In this document: positions 56,631 through 64,000 of the stretch, in pieces
How positions within the stretch are numbered: position 1 is the stretch's first letter
Layout of the letters: every line of letters starts with the position of its first letter
Assembly (NCBI GenBank): GCA_030524425.1
Contig: JAUNGN010000011.1
Location: forward strand, 1,321 to 65,320
Length of the DNA: 64,000 bases
Direction: 5' to 3'
Origin: Clostridia bacterium
Lineage (GTDB): Bacteria; Bacillota; Clostridia; Lachnospirales; CAG-274
Notes under the pieces: generated by a model
The model's input: only the letters and a program-made list of their open reading frames with translations
Databases searched by the model: none
Told to the model about the DNA's origin: nothing
Translations under genes and position numbers: made by a program

Positions 56631-57443
56631 ATGGGTAGTTTTAATGATATGGAGAGTTTTTATGATAGCTGTAATGAAACGAGAACACCAAAACAGATAG
56701 TATGGGAAGAAGGAATTTACAAGGAAGGAAGCTTTAGGCAGAGGTGGGCATATAACTTTGGCAGGAATGGTTTTTATAAATTTGGCAAGAAGATAGCTTC
56801 ATTTTTTGTTTTAATGCTTTTATGGATTGTGATTGATGAGGTTATTCCATTTAATGCTGTTAAAATGGTTTTTCATACATTGGCAGTTGTTGCAGTAAAT
56901 ATTGGCAGTGTGTGGCTGTTCAGACAAACCTGTGCTGACAAAAAAATTACAGGTCTTAATATAATATATTTTGTGTTCTGCGGAATTTTTGCATTTGTTT
57001 TTTATAAATATATGGACTTCTTATTTGGATATTTGGGATATTGCTTATTTCTTAGTTTATATTATGGAATATATTTTATAAATAAAATTATATCTCCAAT
57101 ATTGAGGCTGGGTGTTTCACTGGCTGTGATTTATAATATTGTAAGGAACAATATTATAATGGACAGGACTGAAATATTAAGCTCTGTTGTAAGCATTATT
57201 TCAATTATTGCAGGTGTTTTTTATAAGTATTTCACATTAGGTGTTACTGATATGTATTATGTATGCCTTATTGTTGTTATGCTTGTTGTCATAATGGGAT
57301 TTATTTTGTATATAAGAACGAAAAACAAATTTTTGAGAAATGTAACAATTTTATTTGCAATTATATCCTTAATGGAAATATTGGGAAGCAACGCTGTTGC
57401 TGCAGGCATTATGGAGCATTATATTAGAACTGGTGTATGGTGA
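56631..57443 (+). CDS. Hypothetical polytopic membrane protein
   Basis: About 270 aa with at least 6 hydrophobic helices. ATG 56631 follows GAGAGAGG. No motif recognised. Confidence 0.6.
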   Translation: MGSFNDMESFYDSCNETRTPKQIVWEEGIYKEGSFRQRWAYNFGRNGFYKFGKKIASFFVLMLLWIVIDEVIPFNAVKMVFHTLAVVAVNIGSVWLFRQTCADKKITGLNIIYFVFCGIFAFVFYKYMDFLFGYLGYCLFLSLYYGIYFINKIISPILRLGVSLAVIYNIVRNNIIMDRTEILSSVVSIISIIAGVFYKYFTLGVTDMYYVCLIVVMLVVIMGFILYIRTKNKFLRNVTILFAIISLMEILGSNAVAAGIMEHYIRTGVW

Positions 57444-57471
57444 TATTTGCAATAAAAAGCTGAAAAAATAC

Positions 57472-57601
57472 TTGCATTTGATATTATGTTATGATATAAT
57501 ACTAAATTGGTAGTGAAAACGAATGGTCCGCTGATGCTTCCATGTAATTGGATCAAATTGGGCATTAAGAACATTTATGACGAAAGGAAGGTAAATACCT
57601 T
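57472..57601 (+). promoter_or_regulatory. rplS promoter plus ~100-nt 5' leader (candidate L19 autoregulatory leader)
   Basis: TTGCAT (57472-57477), a 17-nt spacer, then TATAAT (57495-57500). The long leader contains three AATTGG copies at 57505, 57546 and 57556. An rplS leader RNA is known in Firmicutes, but I cannot verify a consensus match by eye. Confidence 0.45.
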
Positions 57602-57964
57602 ATGAATTACGAAATTATTAAAGAAATTGAAAACAGTCAGTTAAAGAGTGACATCCCTGATTTCAAGGTTGGCGATACTGTAAAGGTATATGCTAAGATT
57701 GTTGAGGGTACTAAGGAAAGAATCCAGATGTTCGAGGGTATCGTTCTTAAGAGACAGGGCGGCAGCTCAAGAGAAACATTTACAGTAAGAAGAGTTTCTT
57801 ATGGTGTAGGTGTTGAAAAGACTTGGCCATTACACTCTCCTAGAATTGACCGTATTGAGGTTGTTAGATACGGTATAGTTAGAAGAGCTAAGCTTAACTA
57901 CTTAAGAGACAGAGTGGGTAAGGCTGCTAAGGTTAAGGAAGATATTACAAGAAGAACAAAGTAA
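57602..57964 (+). CDS. rplS: 50S ribosomal protein L19
   Basis: Contains [47 protein letters not shown]. Confidence 0.97.
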   Translation: MNYEIIKEIENSQLKSDIPDFKVGDTVKVYAKIVEGTKERIQMFEGIVLKRQGGSSRETFTVRRVSYGVGVEKTWPLHSPRIDRIEVVRYGIVRRAKLNYLRDRVGKAAKVKEDITRRTK

Positions 57965-57985
57965 TTTTATGTAATTCCTTTAATT

Positions 57986-58014
57986 CCCCTGACTGCAAAA
58001 GTCAGGGGTGTTTT
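57986..58014 (+). terminator. Rho-independent terminator of rplS
   Basis: CCCCTGAC-tgcaaaa-GTCAGGGG followed by TGTTTT. Confidence 0.8.
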
Positions 58015-58046
58015 CATATGTGGAAAAATAGAAGAGGAGATTTGTT

Positions 58047-58907
58047 ATGAACATACAATGGTATCCAGGTCATATGACAAAAACCAGACGAATGATGCAG
58101 GAGAATATTTCCCTTGTTGATATAGTTATTGAGCTTTTAGATGCACGTTTGCCTTTAAGCAGTAAAAATCCTGAAATTGACAAGCTTGCTCAAAACAAAA
58201 AGAGAATTGTTATACTTAATAAAGTTGATCTTGCTGATGAAAAGAAGACAAAGGAATGGGCTGAGTATTTTAAATCAAAGGGTTTTGAAGTTATTGAGGC
58301 TAATTCGGCTGCGGGTAAGGGTATTAAGGAAATTACACCTGTAGCTAAGGAGCTTATGGCTGAGAAAGTAGAGCGACTAAGAAAAAGGGGAAGGATTTTT
58401 GTTCCTACAAGGGCAATGATTGTAGGTATTCCCAATGTGGGAAAGTCTACTCTTATAAATAAATTTGCAGGAAAGAATATGGCTAAGACAGGGGATAAGG
58501 CAGGTGTAACCAGAGCAAAGCAGTGGGTTAAAATTAAGAAGGATTTTGAGCTTTTGGATACACCGGGTATATTATGGCCTAAGTTTGATGACCAGGCTGT
58601 TGGTTTAAGGCTTGCTTTTACAGGTGCTATAAATGATGATATTATGGACAGTACAGTGCTTGTAACTCATCTTATCGAGTGTCTTGACAGGCTTTATCCC
58701 GAAGCCATTAAATCCAGATATGGTATTGAGTATGATAAAAATACACCTGTTAATGAAATTTATGAAAAGATTGCTTTGAAGCGTGGATTTATTAAAAAGG
58801 GTAATGAAGTGGATTATAAGAGAACTGCTGACATTATTATTGATGAGTTTAGAGCGGGTTTGCTGGGAAAAATGACGCTTGAAAGTGTAAGTGATATAGA
58901 GGTATAA
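58047..58907 (+). CDS. rbgA: Ribosome biogenesis GTPase A (YlqF/RbgA)
   Basis: Begins MNIQWYPGHMTKTRR. The circularly permuted GTPase motifs are NKVDL, then GIPNVGKST, then DTPG. Confidence 0.94.
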   Translation: MNIQWYPGHMTKTRRMMQENISLVDIVIELLDARLPLSSKNPEIDKLAQNKKRIVILNKVDLADEKKTKEWAEYFKSKGFEVIEANSAAGKGIKEITPVAKELMAEKVERLRKRGRIFVPTRAMIVGIPNVGKSTLINKFAGKNMAKTGDKAGVTRAKQWVKIKKDFELLDTPGILWPKFDDQAVGLRLAFTGAINDDIMDSTVLVTHLIECLDRLYPEAIKSRYGIEYDKNTPVNEIYEKIALKRGFIKKGNEVDYKRTADIIIDEFRAGLLGKMTLESVSDIEV

Positions 58908-59140
58908 TGGGTTTGAATATATAGGTATGGGTTATCATCCATGGGGTGAGAGTTCGAGGATTTATAAAATTAAATTATAATTTAATTTGTTAAAATTTTG
59001 AAGTATATTTATTTGTGTTATGTTAATAATAATGTTGTAAGGCAAGGAAAGAGCTGATGATTAATTATTTTTATACATTGCTGTATTATAAATTAATCAG
59101 CATCTCTTTAGTCTTTATATTTATGAGGAGGACACAAATT

Positions 59141-59347
59141 ATGAACAACAGAAGTGAAAGAAACTCAAACAATAATCAGAGTCAGAGAAACTCTAATAAC
59201 AATCAGTGCAATAACAACCAGAGTAACAGAGTTGAGTTTGCCAATGAAATCAGCCAGGAAATGGATAAGAAGAGCGGTAACAACTCAAACAGAAATTCTA
59301 ATAACAATTCAAACAGAAATTCAAACAATCAGAGTCAGAGAAGTTAA
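59141..59347 (+). CDS. Small (68 aa) Asn/Ser/Gln/Arg-rich repeat protein; possible spore storage (SASP-gamma-like) protein
   Basis: ATG 59141 lies 8 nt after AGGAGG. It encodes MNNRSERNSNNNQSQRNSNNNQCNNNQSNRVEFANEISQEMDKKSGNNSNRNSNNNSNRNSNNQSQRS. A strong terminator follows. The ORF track starts further upstream at 59057. Confidence 0.65.
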   Translation: MNNRSERNSNNNQSQRNSNNNQCNNNQSNRVEFANEISQEMDKKSGNNSNRNSNNNSNRNSNNQSQRS

Positions 59348-59366
59348 TAATAACAATCAAAAGATA

Positions 59367-59392
59367 AAGCTGTCCCACGGGACAGCTTTTTT
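59367..59392. terminator. Bidirectional terminator
   Basis: AAAGCTGTCCC-acg-GGACAGCTTTTTT. Confidence 0.85.
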
Positions 59393-59397
59393 GGGGG

Positions 59398-60171
59398 TTA
59401 TTTTAAAACACTGGAGAAAAACAGTTTAGCCCTGTCTGTTTGGGGATTTTTAATTACACTTTCAGGTTTACCTTCTTCAACAACATAGCCGCCGTCCATA
59501 AATATTACTCTATCGGCAACTTCAAGGGCAAAGCCCATTTCGTGGGTGACAATAACCATGGTCATACCCTCCTGTGCAAGCTCTTTCATAACATTCAGAA
59601 CTTCCCCTGCAAGCTCAGGGTCAAGGGCAGATGTAGGTTCATCAAAAAGCATAATTTCAGGCTGCATTGCAAGTGCCCTTGCAATGGCTGCTCTCTGCTG
59701 CTGACCGCCTGAAAGCTGTGACGGGTAATAGTCCTTTCTTTCTGACATACCTACCTTTTCAAGGAGCTTTAATGCAAGGCTGTGAGCATCGCTTTTTTTA
59801 GTCTTTTTTATAAGTATGGGAGCCTCTGTAACATTTTCCAAAACTGTTTTATGAGGCCACAGATTAAATGACTGAAATACCATTCCTACATTTTTTCTTA
59901 TTTTCTTTGCATTTCTGCTGTTTGAGAGAGGAATTGAACCTTTTAAGTCTTCCGTCCCCTTTATCTGTCCGTATTCATATATAATATCTCCTGCAGTTGC
60001 CTTTTCAAGGTAGTTAAGGCATCTTAAAAACGTGGATTTTCCTGAGCCTGACGGGCCTACTATACAGACAACTTCTCCCTTTTTTACTGTAATACTTATA
60101 TTTTTCAATACTTCGTTATTTCCGTATTTTTTTCCAAGATTTACGGCTAATATAGCGTTATCACCTAACAT
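59398..60171 (-). CDS. Polar amino-acid ABC transporter ATP-binding protein
   Basis: Walker [10 protein letters not shown], signature LSGGQQQR and Walker [12 protein letters not shown]. GlnQ/HisP-like length. Confidence 0.92.
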   Translation of the reverse strand: MLGDNAILAVNLGKKYGNNEVLKNISITVKKGEVVCIVGPSGSGKSTFLRCLNYLEKATAGDIIYEYGQIKGTEDLKGSIPLSNSRNAKKIRKNVGMVFQSFNLWPHKTVLENVTEAPILIKKTKKSDAHSLALKLLEKVGMSERKDYYPSQLSGGQQQRAAIARALAMQPEIMLFDEPTSALDPELAGEVLNVMKELAQEGMTMVIVTHEMGFALEVADRVIFMDGGYVVEEGKPESVIKNPQTDRAKLFFSSVLK

Positions 60172-60172
60172 A

Positions 60173-60847
60173 TTACCTACCTCCCTGAAGCTGATATTTA
60201 GAAGCTCTTTTTTCGGCTAATTTAGATATAATTTCAATTATAAGATTTATTGCCCAGTATACACAGCCTGCTGCTATAAATATTTCAAAGGATTCAATGG
60301 CTGTTTCATTTGTGGCTGTATAGGTCTTATTGGTAAGCTCTGCAACAGAAATAACTGTAAGTACGGAGGACTCTTTTACGGTCATTATAAGCTGTCCTGT
60401 AAGGGAAGGAATAATGACAGTAAATACCTGGGGCAGTATAATTCTGAAAAATGCCGTAAAATAGGGGATATTAAGCACTTCTGCAGATTCATACTGTCCC
60501 TTTGGCACTGACCTTAAACCGCTTTCAAGAATAACCGCAACATAGGCTGTTGTATATAGGGCAAGGGCAGCTGTTCCTATTACTGCCGCACTGAAATTCT
60601 GAAGTCCCAATACAGGTCTTAAACCGAAGTATATTAAATAAACCTGTACCATAAAGGGGGTGTTTCTGAATATCTTTATGTATATGCAGGCAATGCTGTG
60701 TATGACTTTGTTTTTTGATACATACATTAAGCCAAGGAATAAGCCTGTTATAAGGGAAATCAGTATTGCTGAAAATGAAATGATTATTGTCAGTTTAATT
60801 CCCGGAAGGAAGAAAGGCAGCAGTGTTTCAAATATGTTTCCTTTCAT
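60173..60847 (-). CDS. Amino-acid ABC transporter permease (His/Glu/Gln/Arg/opine family)
   Basis: About 224 aa with 5 TMs and an EAA-like loop [29 protein letters not shown]. Confidence 0.88.
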   Translation of the reverse strand: MKGNIFETLLPFFLPGIKLTIIISFSAILISLITGLFLGLMYVSKNKVIHSIACIYIKIFRNTPFMVQVYLIYFGLRPVLGLQNFSAAVIGTAALALYTTAYVAVILESGLRSVPKGQYESAEVLNIPYFTAFFRIILPQVFTVIIPSLTGQLIMTVKESSVLTVISVAELTNKTYTATNETAIESFEIFIAAGCVYWAINLIIEIISKLAEKRASKYQLQGGR

Positions 60848-60849
60848 AT

Positions 60850-61515
60850 TTAATTACCTCCTTTTTTCAACAGTGCTTTTTTCTCAATTTTACCTGCGGT
60901 AAATTCCAACAGTGAATTAAAGAGAAAATATATTACAAAAAGTGTTATATAAAAGGGAAGAGGAACAATCTCGTGAAGATTGTTTATTCTCATTTGGGCA
61001 ACTCTTGTAAGCTCCTCAACACCTATCATTGACAAAAGGGGTGAAACCTTTATAATAGCAATAAATTCATTTAAAAATTGAGGAAGGGTAATTTTAAAAA
61101 CCTGAGGAAGTATTACCCTTCTTAAGGTCTGTAAATATGAAAAGCCCATTGCTTCACAGACTTCATACTGTCCCTTTGGTATTGCCATAAAACCGCCTCT
61201 TATGATTTCAGCAATAAAACCTCCGCTGTTTAAGCTTAAGGCTATAATACCGGCAGTAAGGGGAGGAAGGTCAATAAAATCTGACAGTACATAAAATATA
61301 ATAAATATCTGGACTATTACAGGTGTGCCTCTTACAAAACTTATGTACACACTGATGACGGAATTTATCAATCTGTTTTTACCCAGTCTTATTACAGCCA
61401 GTGTAAGTCCTGCCGCTAAGCCTATAATTATTGCACATACAGAGGAGATGACCGTGTAGCCTAAGCCCTCCATTAGCTTTGGAATGTATTTAAAAACCAA
61501 ATCCCAACCTTCCAT
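60850..61515 (-). CDS. Amino-acid ABC transporter permease (second subunit)
   Basis: Contains AIPKGQYEVCEAMGFSYLQTLRRVILPQV. 221 aa. Confidence 0.88.
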   Translation of the reverse strand: MEGWDLVFKYIPKLMEGLGYTVISSVCAIIIGLAAGLTLAVIRLGKNRLINSVISVYISFVRGTPVIVQIFIIFYVLSDFIDLPPLTAGIIALSLNSGGFIAEIIRGGFMAIPKGQYEVCEAMGFSYLQTLRRVILPQVFKITLPQFLNEFIAIIKVSPLLSMIGVEELTRVAQMRINNLHEIVPLPFYITLFVIYFLFNSLLEFTAGKIEKKALLKKGGN

Positions 61516-61547
61516 AGGAAATCACCTCCTTTTTTGATGCTTAAACA

Positions 61548-62429
61548 TTACTCTGCCGGAATAAAGTCTGAATCAGGCAAATCAGTTGCTGTACCGAAAT
61601 ACTTAATCTGTAATTCTTCCAGTTTTCCGTTTTCTTTCATTTCCTTAATTACGTCATTAAAGTATTCGCAAAGTTCAGTATCTTCTTTTCTAAAGCCCCA
61701 GGAAGTATAAGTAGGAACATTAATGGCTGCAGGCTCACCGTTTTCATCGGCAATAATTTCATACTTGTCAGTATTATCCTTTACAAGTACATTTGCAATG
61801 GATACACTTTGTGCAACTGCATCAACTGCGTTATTTGTTAATTCTGCATAAGCATCAGGATATGCAGTGTATGTAAGAACGTCTGCGCCGCTCAGACCCT
61901 GGGCAGCAAGACTGCTGCTAAATGCCTTTGCGTCAGTTTCGCTGTAAGATGCTGTCTGTGTACCGATTTTCTTTCCTGCCAAATCGGCAATAGTATTAAT
62001 GCTGTCATCACCCTTACGTTTAATTAATACTGTAGTGCCTTCTGCAATAGGTATTGTAAGATTGTACTTTTCTCCTCTTTCCTTTGTTACACCAAGGGCA
62101 GCAGATACCATATCGCACTTGCCTTCTTCAAGGGAGGTTAAAATACCCTGAAATGGCTTATTTTCAAGTACAAGCTCTGCGCCAAGACTGTCACATATAT
62201 ATTGGAGAATTTCAACATCATATCCTGCAATATTGCCGTTGTCATCAAGGTATTCAAAGGGTTCATTTGCTGCTTCTGTGTAGGATACCAGCTTTCCTGC
62301 TTCCTTTATGGATTCGGGAGTGAGAGGTCCGTCGTTTTTGGCTGATTGAGAACCGCATCCTGTTAATACTGATGCTGAAAGTAATGCAGTCATTGTGATT
62401 GCCGTAATTTTTTTGATTAATTTTTTCAT
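61548..62429 (-). CDS. Amino-acid ABC transporter substrate-binding lipoprotein (family 3 SBP)
   Basis: Lipobox LTGCGS. SBP_bac_3-like core (FEYLDDNGNIAGYDVEI...DMVSAALGVT...). Confidence 0.88.
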   Translation of the reverse strand: MKKLIKKITAITMTALLSASVLTGCGSQSAKNDGPLTPESIKEAGKLVSYTEAANEPFEYLDDNGNIAGYDVEILQYICDSLGAELVLENKPFQGILTSLEEGKCDMVSAALGVTKERGEKYNLTIPIAEGTTVLIKRKGDDSINTIADLAGKKIGTQTASYSETDAKAFSSSLAAQGLSGADVLTYTAYPDAYAELTNNAVDAVAQSVSIANVLVKDNTDKYEIIADENGEPAAINVPTYTSWGFRKEDTELCEYFNDVIKEMKENGKLEELQIKYFGTATDLPDSDFIPAE

Positions 62430-62457
62430 TTTAAATCATCCTTTCTTTTGTGTTTTA

Positions 62458-62495
62458 TAAAAAAGGCAAGGGTAATCTCATTTAAGACACCCTTG
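62458..62495 (-). terminator. Intra-operon hairpin with U-tract between the ureohydrolase and SBP genes
   Basis: Minus strand reads CAAGGGT-15 nt-ACCCTTG followed by CCTTTTTTAT. Confidence 0.55.
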
Positions 62496-62502
62496 TCCGT
62501 AA

Positions 62503-63465
62503 TTATTTATATCTGTTCAATTTATTTGCTTTTTGATATGCCATTATTGACATAAACTCAAAGGCTATATTTGCACCCATATAGGCTGTTATCTCACCGC
62601 TGTCATATTCGGGTGCAACCTCAACTATATCAAAGCCGACAAAGTTTAAATCCTTCAGCTGCTGTATAAATTCCAGAGTTTCAAAGGAAGTAAAGCCTCC
62701 AACCTCAGGTGTACCTGTTCCCGGAGCATAAGCAGGGTCAACAAAGTCAATGTCAAATGTATAAAATACTTTTGTATTTCCTACTCTTTTTTTAACTCTT
62801 TCTCCAAGTTCTTCGGCTGTAAGCTTATGAAGCTGATGTCCCGGAATTACTTCAAAGCCTAAGCCTGCAGCAAGCTTAAAGTCATCCGGATCATATAATG
62901 AGCCTCTCATACCTATTTGTATGGAGGTGTCTGGATTAATAAGTCCTTCCTCAACAGCACGTCTGAAAGGTGTACCGTGATTATATTTTTGCCCGAATAC
63001 CGTATCGCACAGATCAAGGTGTGAATCAAAGTGAACAAGGGATACAGGACCGTGCTTTTTGGCAATGGCTCTAAGCTCTCCCAGGGCAATGGCATGGTCA
63101 CCTCCGAGAGTAAGAGGTATGGCACCTGCGTTCAATATTTTGGAAACATATTCCTCAATAACATCGTATGTAGGAATAATATATCCGGGTATAATAGGGG
63201 CATCACCTATATCTGCTGCCTTTAATATATTCATTATGTTTACATTCATAATTACGTTGTTAGGTTTAATCATTGCTGACATTTTTCTTATGCCATGAGG
63301 ACCAAATCTAGAGCCTGTTCTGAATGATGAGCCTGTATCAAAGGGTACGCCTAAAACTGCTATATCTAATCCTTCAGGGCTGTCTGTTCTTGGAAGCCGC
63401 ATGAAGCTGCCCATATTAACAAATCTTGGTGAGCTTGATGCACTTGGCGGCTGATTATTTTTCAT
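62503..63465 (-). CDS. Ureohydrolase (agmatinase / guanidino-acid hydrolase family)
   Basis: Mn-site motifs GGDHAI, HFDSHLD and TFDIDFVDPAYAPG. 320 aa. Confidence 0.88.
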   Translation of the reverse strand: MKNNQPPSASSSPRFVNMGSFMRLPRTDSPEGLDIAVLGVPFDTGSSFRTGSRFGPHGIRKMSAMIKPNNVIMNVNIMNILKAADIGDAPIIPGYIIPTYDVIEEYVSKILNAGAIPLTLGGDHAIALGELRAIAKKHGPVSLVHFDSHLDLCDTVFGQKYNHGTPFRRAVEEGLINPDTSIQIGMRGSLYDPDDFKLAAGLGFEVIPGHQLHKLTAEELGERVKKRVGNTKVFYTFDIDFVDPAYAPGTGTPEVGGFTSFETLEFIQQLKDLNFVGFDIVEVAPEYDSGEITAYMGANIAFEFMSIMAYQKANKLNRYK

Positions 63466-64000
63466 TTATATCATCCTTTCTGTAATTTGATACATATTTT
63501 TGTATTTTTCTAACTGCCGTAGGCTGGCTTATATTAAGACACCTTGCGACATCGGTTGTTGTGTGAAATCTTTCAAATGCTCTGTTTATTATTTTGCTTT
63601 CATAAAGCTCCAAGGCCATTTTTAAATCCATATTTTCGCTGTAGTATTCTGTTGATTCTCTTGAAATGTTTTTTGGCAAATCAAAGTCATGGAGAATGTT
63701 TTTATCAGCGTTAAGTATAAGTTTGTTTATGGTATGCTTTACTTCGGCAATGTTGTTTTCCCATGAATATCGAAGCATTTCATTAATTGCCTTGTCTGAA
63801 AATGCTATGGATTTTTTGTATTTATTATTATATTTATCGGTATAATACATTATAAAGTCATACAAATCATCAGGTCTTTCGTTAAGGGGTACCGTTTCTA
63901 TTGAAACTACGCACATTGTATAGTAAAATTCGGTAAGCATACCGTGCTTTTCAACAAGGTCAATAGTCTTTGCCGTGGATGAAAGCACAAGCTTTAAATC
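63455..64000 (-). CDS. Sigma-54-dependent-activator-like transcriptional regulator, C-terminal part (the 5' end lies outside the window)
   Basis: Tail of an AAA+ domain (LTEFYYTM...VPLNERPDDLYDFI...YSWENNIAEVKH, compare DLYYRL...PLReR.eDi...WPGNvREL). Fis-type HTH DVARCLNISQPTAVRKIQ. The stop overlaps the ureohydrolase start. Confidence 0.7.
   Translation of the reverse strand, partial: DLKLVLSSTAKTIDLVEKHGMLTEFYYTMCVVSIETVPLNERPDDLYDFIMYYTDKYNNKYKKSIAFSDKAINEMLRYSWENNIAEVKHTINKLILNADKNILHDFDLPKNISRESTEYYSENMDLKMALELYESKIINRAFERFHTTTDVARCLNISQPTAVRKIQKYVSNYRKDDINEK

Noticed and set aside
58930-58960. A tRNA-like T-arm (GAGTTCGAGGA) downstream of rbgA.
   Set aside because: No acceptor stem, D-arm or anticodon arm can be drawn, and the T-loop consensus GGTTCGAATCC is not met.
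58967-58988. A perfect 22-bp palindrome AAATTAAATTATAATTTAATTT, and a similar AT-only inverted repeat TTAATTAAT-TT-ATTAATTAA near 29305-29325.
   Set aside because: These are made only of A and T within AT-rich intergenic DNA. Such palindromes arise easily by chance, and no linked regulator or repeated occurrence supports an operator role.
59041-59140. A sigmaG, sigmaF, sigmaK or sigmaE sporulation promoter upstream of the N-rich small protein.
   Set aside because: No convincing match to GHATR-18-CATxHTA, GCATR-15-GGnnAnAnT or CATAnnnTA was found by eye. The SASP idea therefore stays unsupported at the promoter level.
62430-63560. A sigma-54 (-24/-12, TGGCAC-N5-TTGC) promoter in front of the ureohydrolase or SBP genes.
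   Set aside because: I scanned the minus strand by eye and found no GG/GC element with correct spacing.
1-64000. CRISPR arrays, rRNA/tRNA genes, IS elements, prophage or toxin-antitoxin pairs.
   Set aside because: I found no regularly spaced direct repeats, no transposase or integrase-like ORFs, and no tRNA cloverleaf candidates. The repeats I saw are confined to low-complexity coding regions: the N-rich ORF, the ZapA coiled coil and the FtsX linker.

Overview
This window reads as low-GC Firmicute chromosome, Clostridia-like and probably from a spore-former (abrB, yabP/yabQ, ylbJ, sepF-divIVA are present). It is almost entirely housekeeping. About 75 CDS are supported. They fall into these groups: (1) an ispF / T-box-cysE-cysS-mrnC-rlmB block; (2) feoAB; (3) RNA-modification genes (rlmD-family, trmL, rsmD, rluD); (4) ftsEX with an M23 hydrolase and a beta-propeller protein; (5) zapA, U32 peptidase, SEDS and bPBP; (6) htpG-lon; (7) nadD/yqeK-rsfS; (8) mazG-hup-yabO-yabP-yabQ/divIC; (9) rpmB, recG, rsmD-coaD, ylbJ; (10) the dcw-tail genes yggS-sepF-yggT-ylmH-divIVA; (11) aroB, lspA, rplS, rbgA; (12) an operon of sigma54-type activator, ureohydrolase and amino-acid ABC transporter. 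I found no rRNA, tRNA, CRISPR array, transposase, integrase or phage genes. Regulatory elements I can read directly are a Cys-type T-box leader, a perfect CIRCE operator, a Fur-family box and several sigmaA-like promoters and terminators. I did not find a convincing multi-gene novel system such as a defence island. The best leads are listed here. (a) An unassigned ~104-nt structured RNA between the PucR-family regulator gene and zapA. (b) A 68-aa Asn/Ser/Gln-rich repeat protein with an EFANE motif, a possible gamma-SASP analogue. (c) An AT-rich, codon-atypical islet downstream of the rlmD-family gene. (d) A fused Wzz/BY-kinase embedded in the nadD-rsfS operon. (e) Several unusual architectures: an FtsX ectodomain insertion, in-frame YabQ-DivIC, NadD-YqeK, a long ZapA, and CIRCE placed upstream of the -35. 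All product calls rest on motif recognition by eye. No database search was run.
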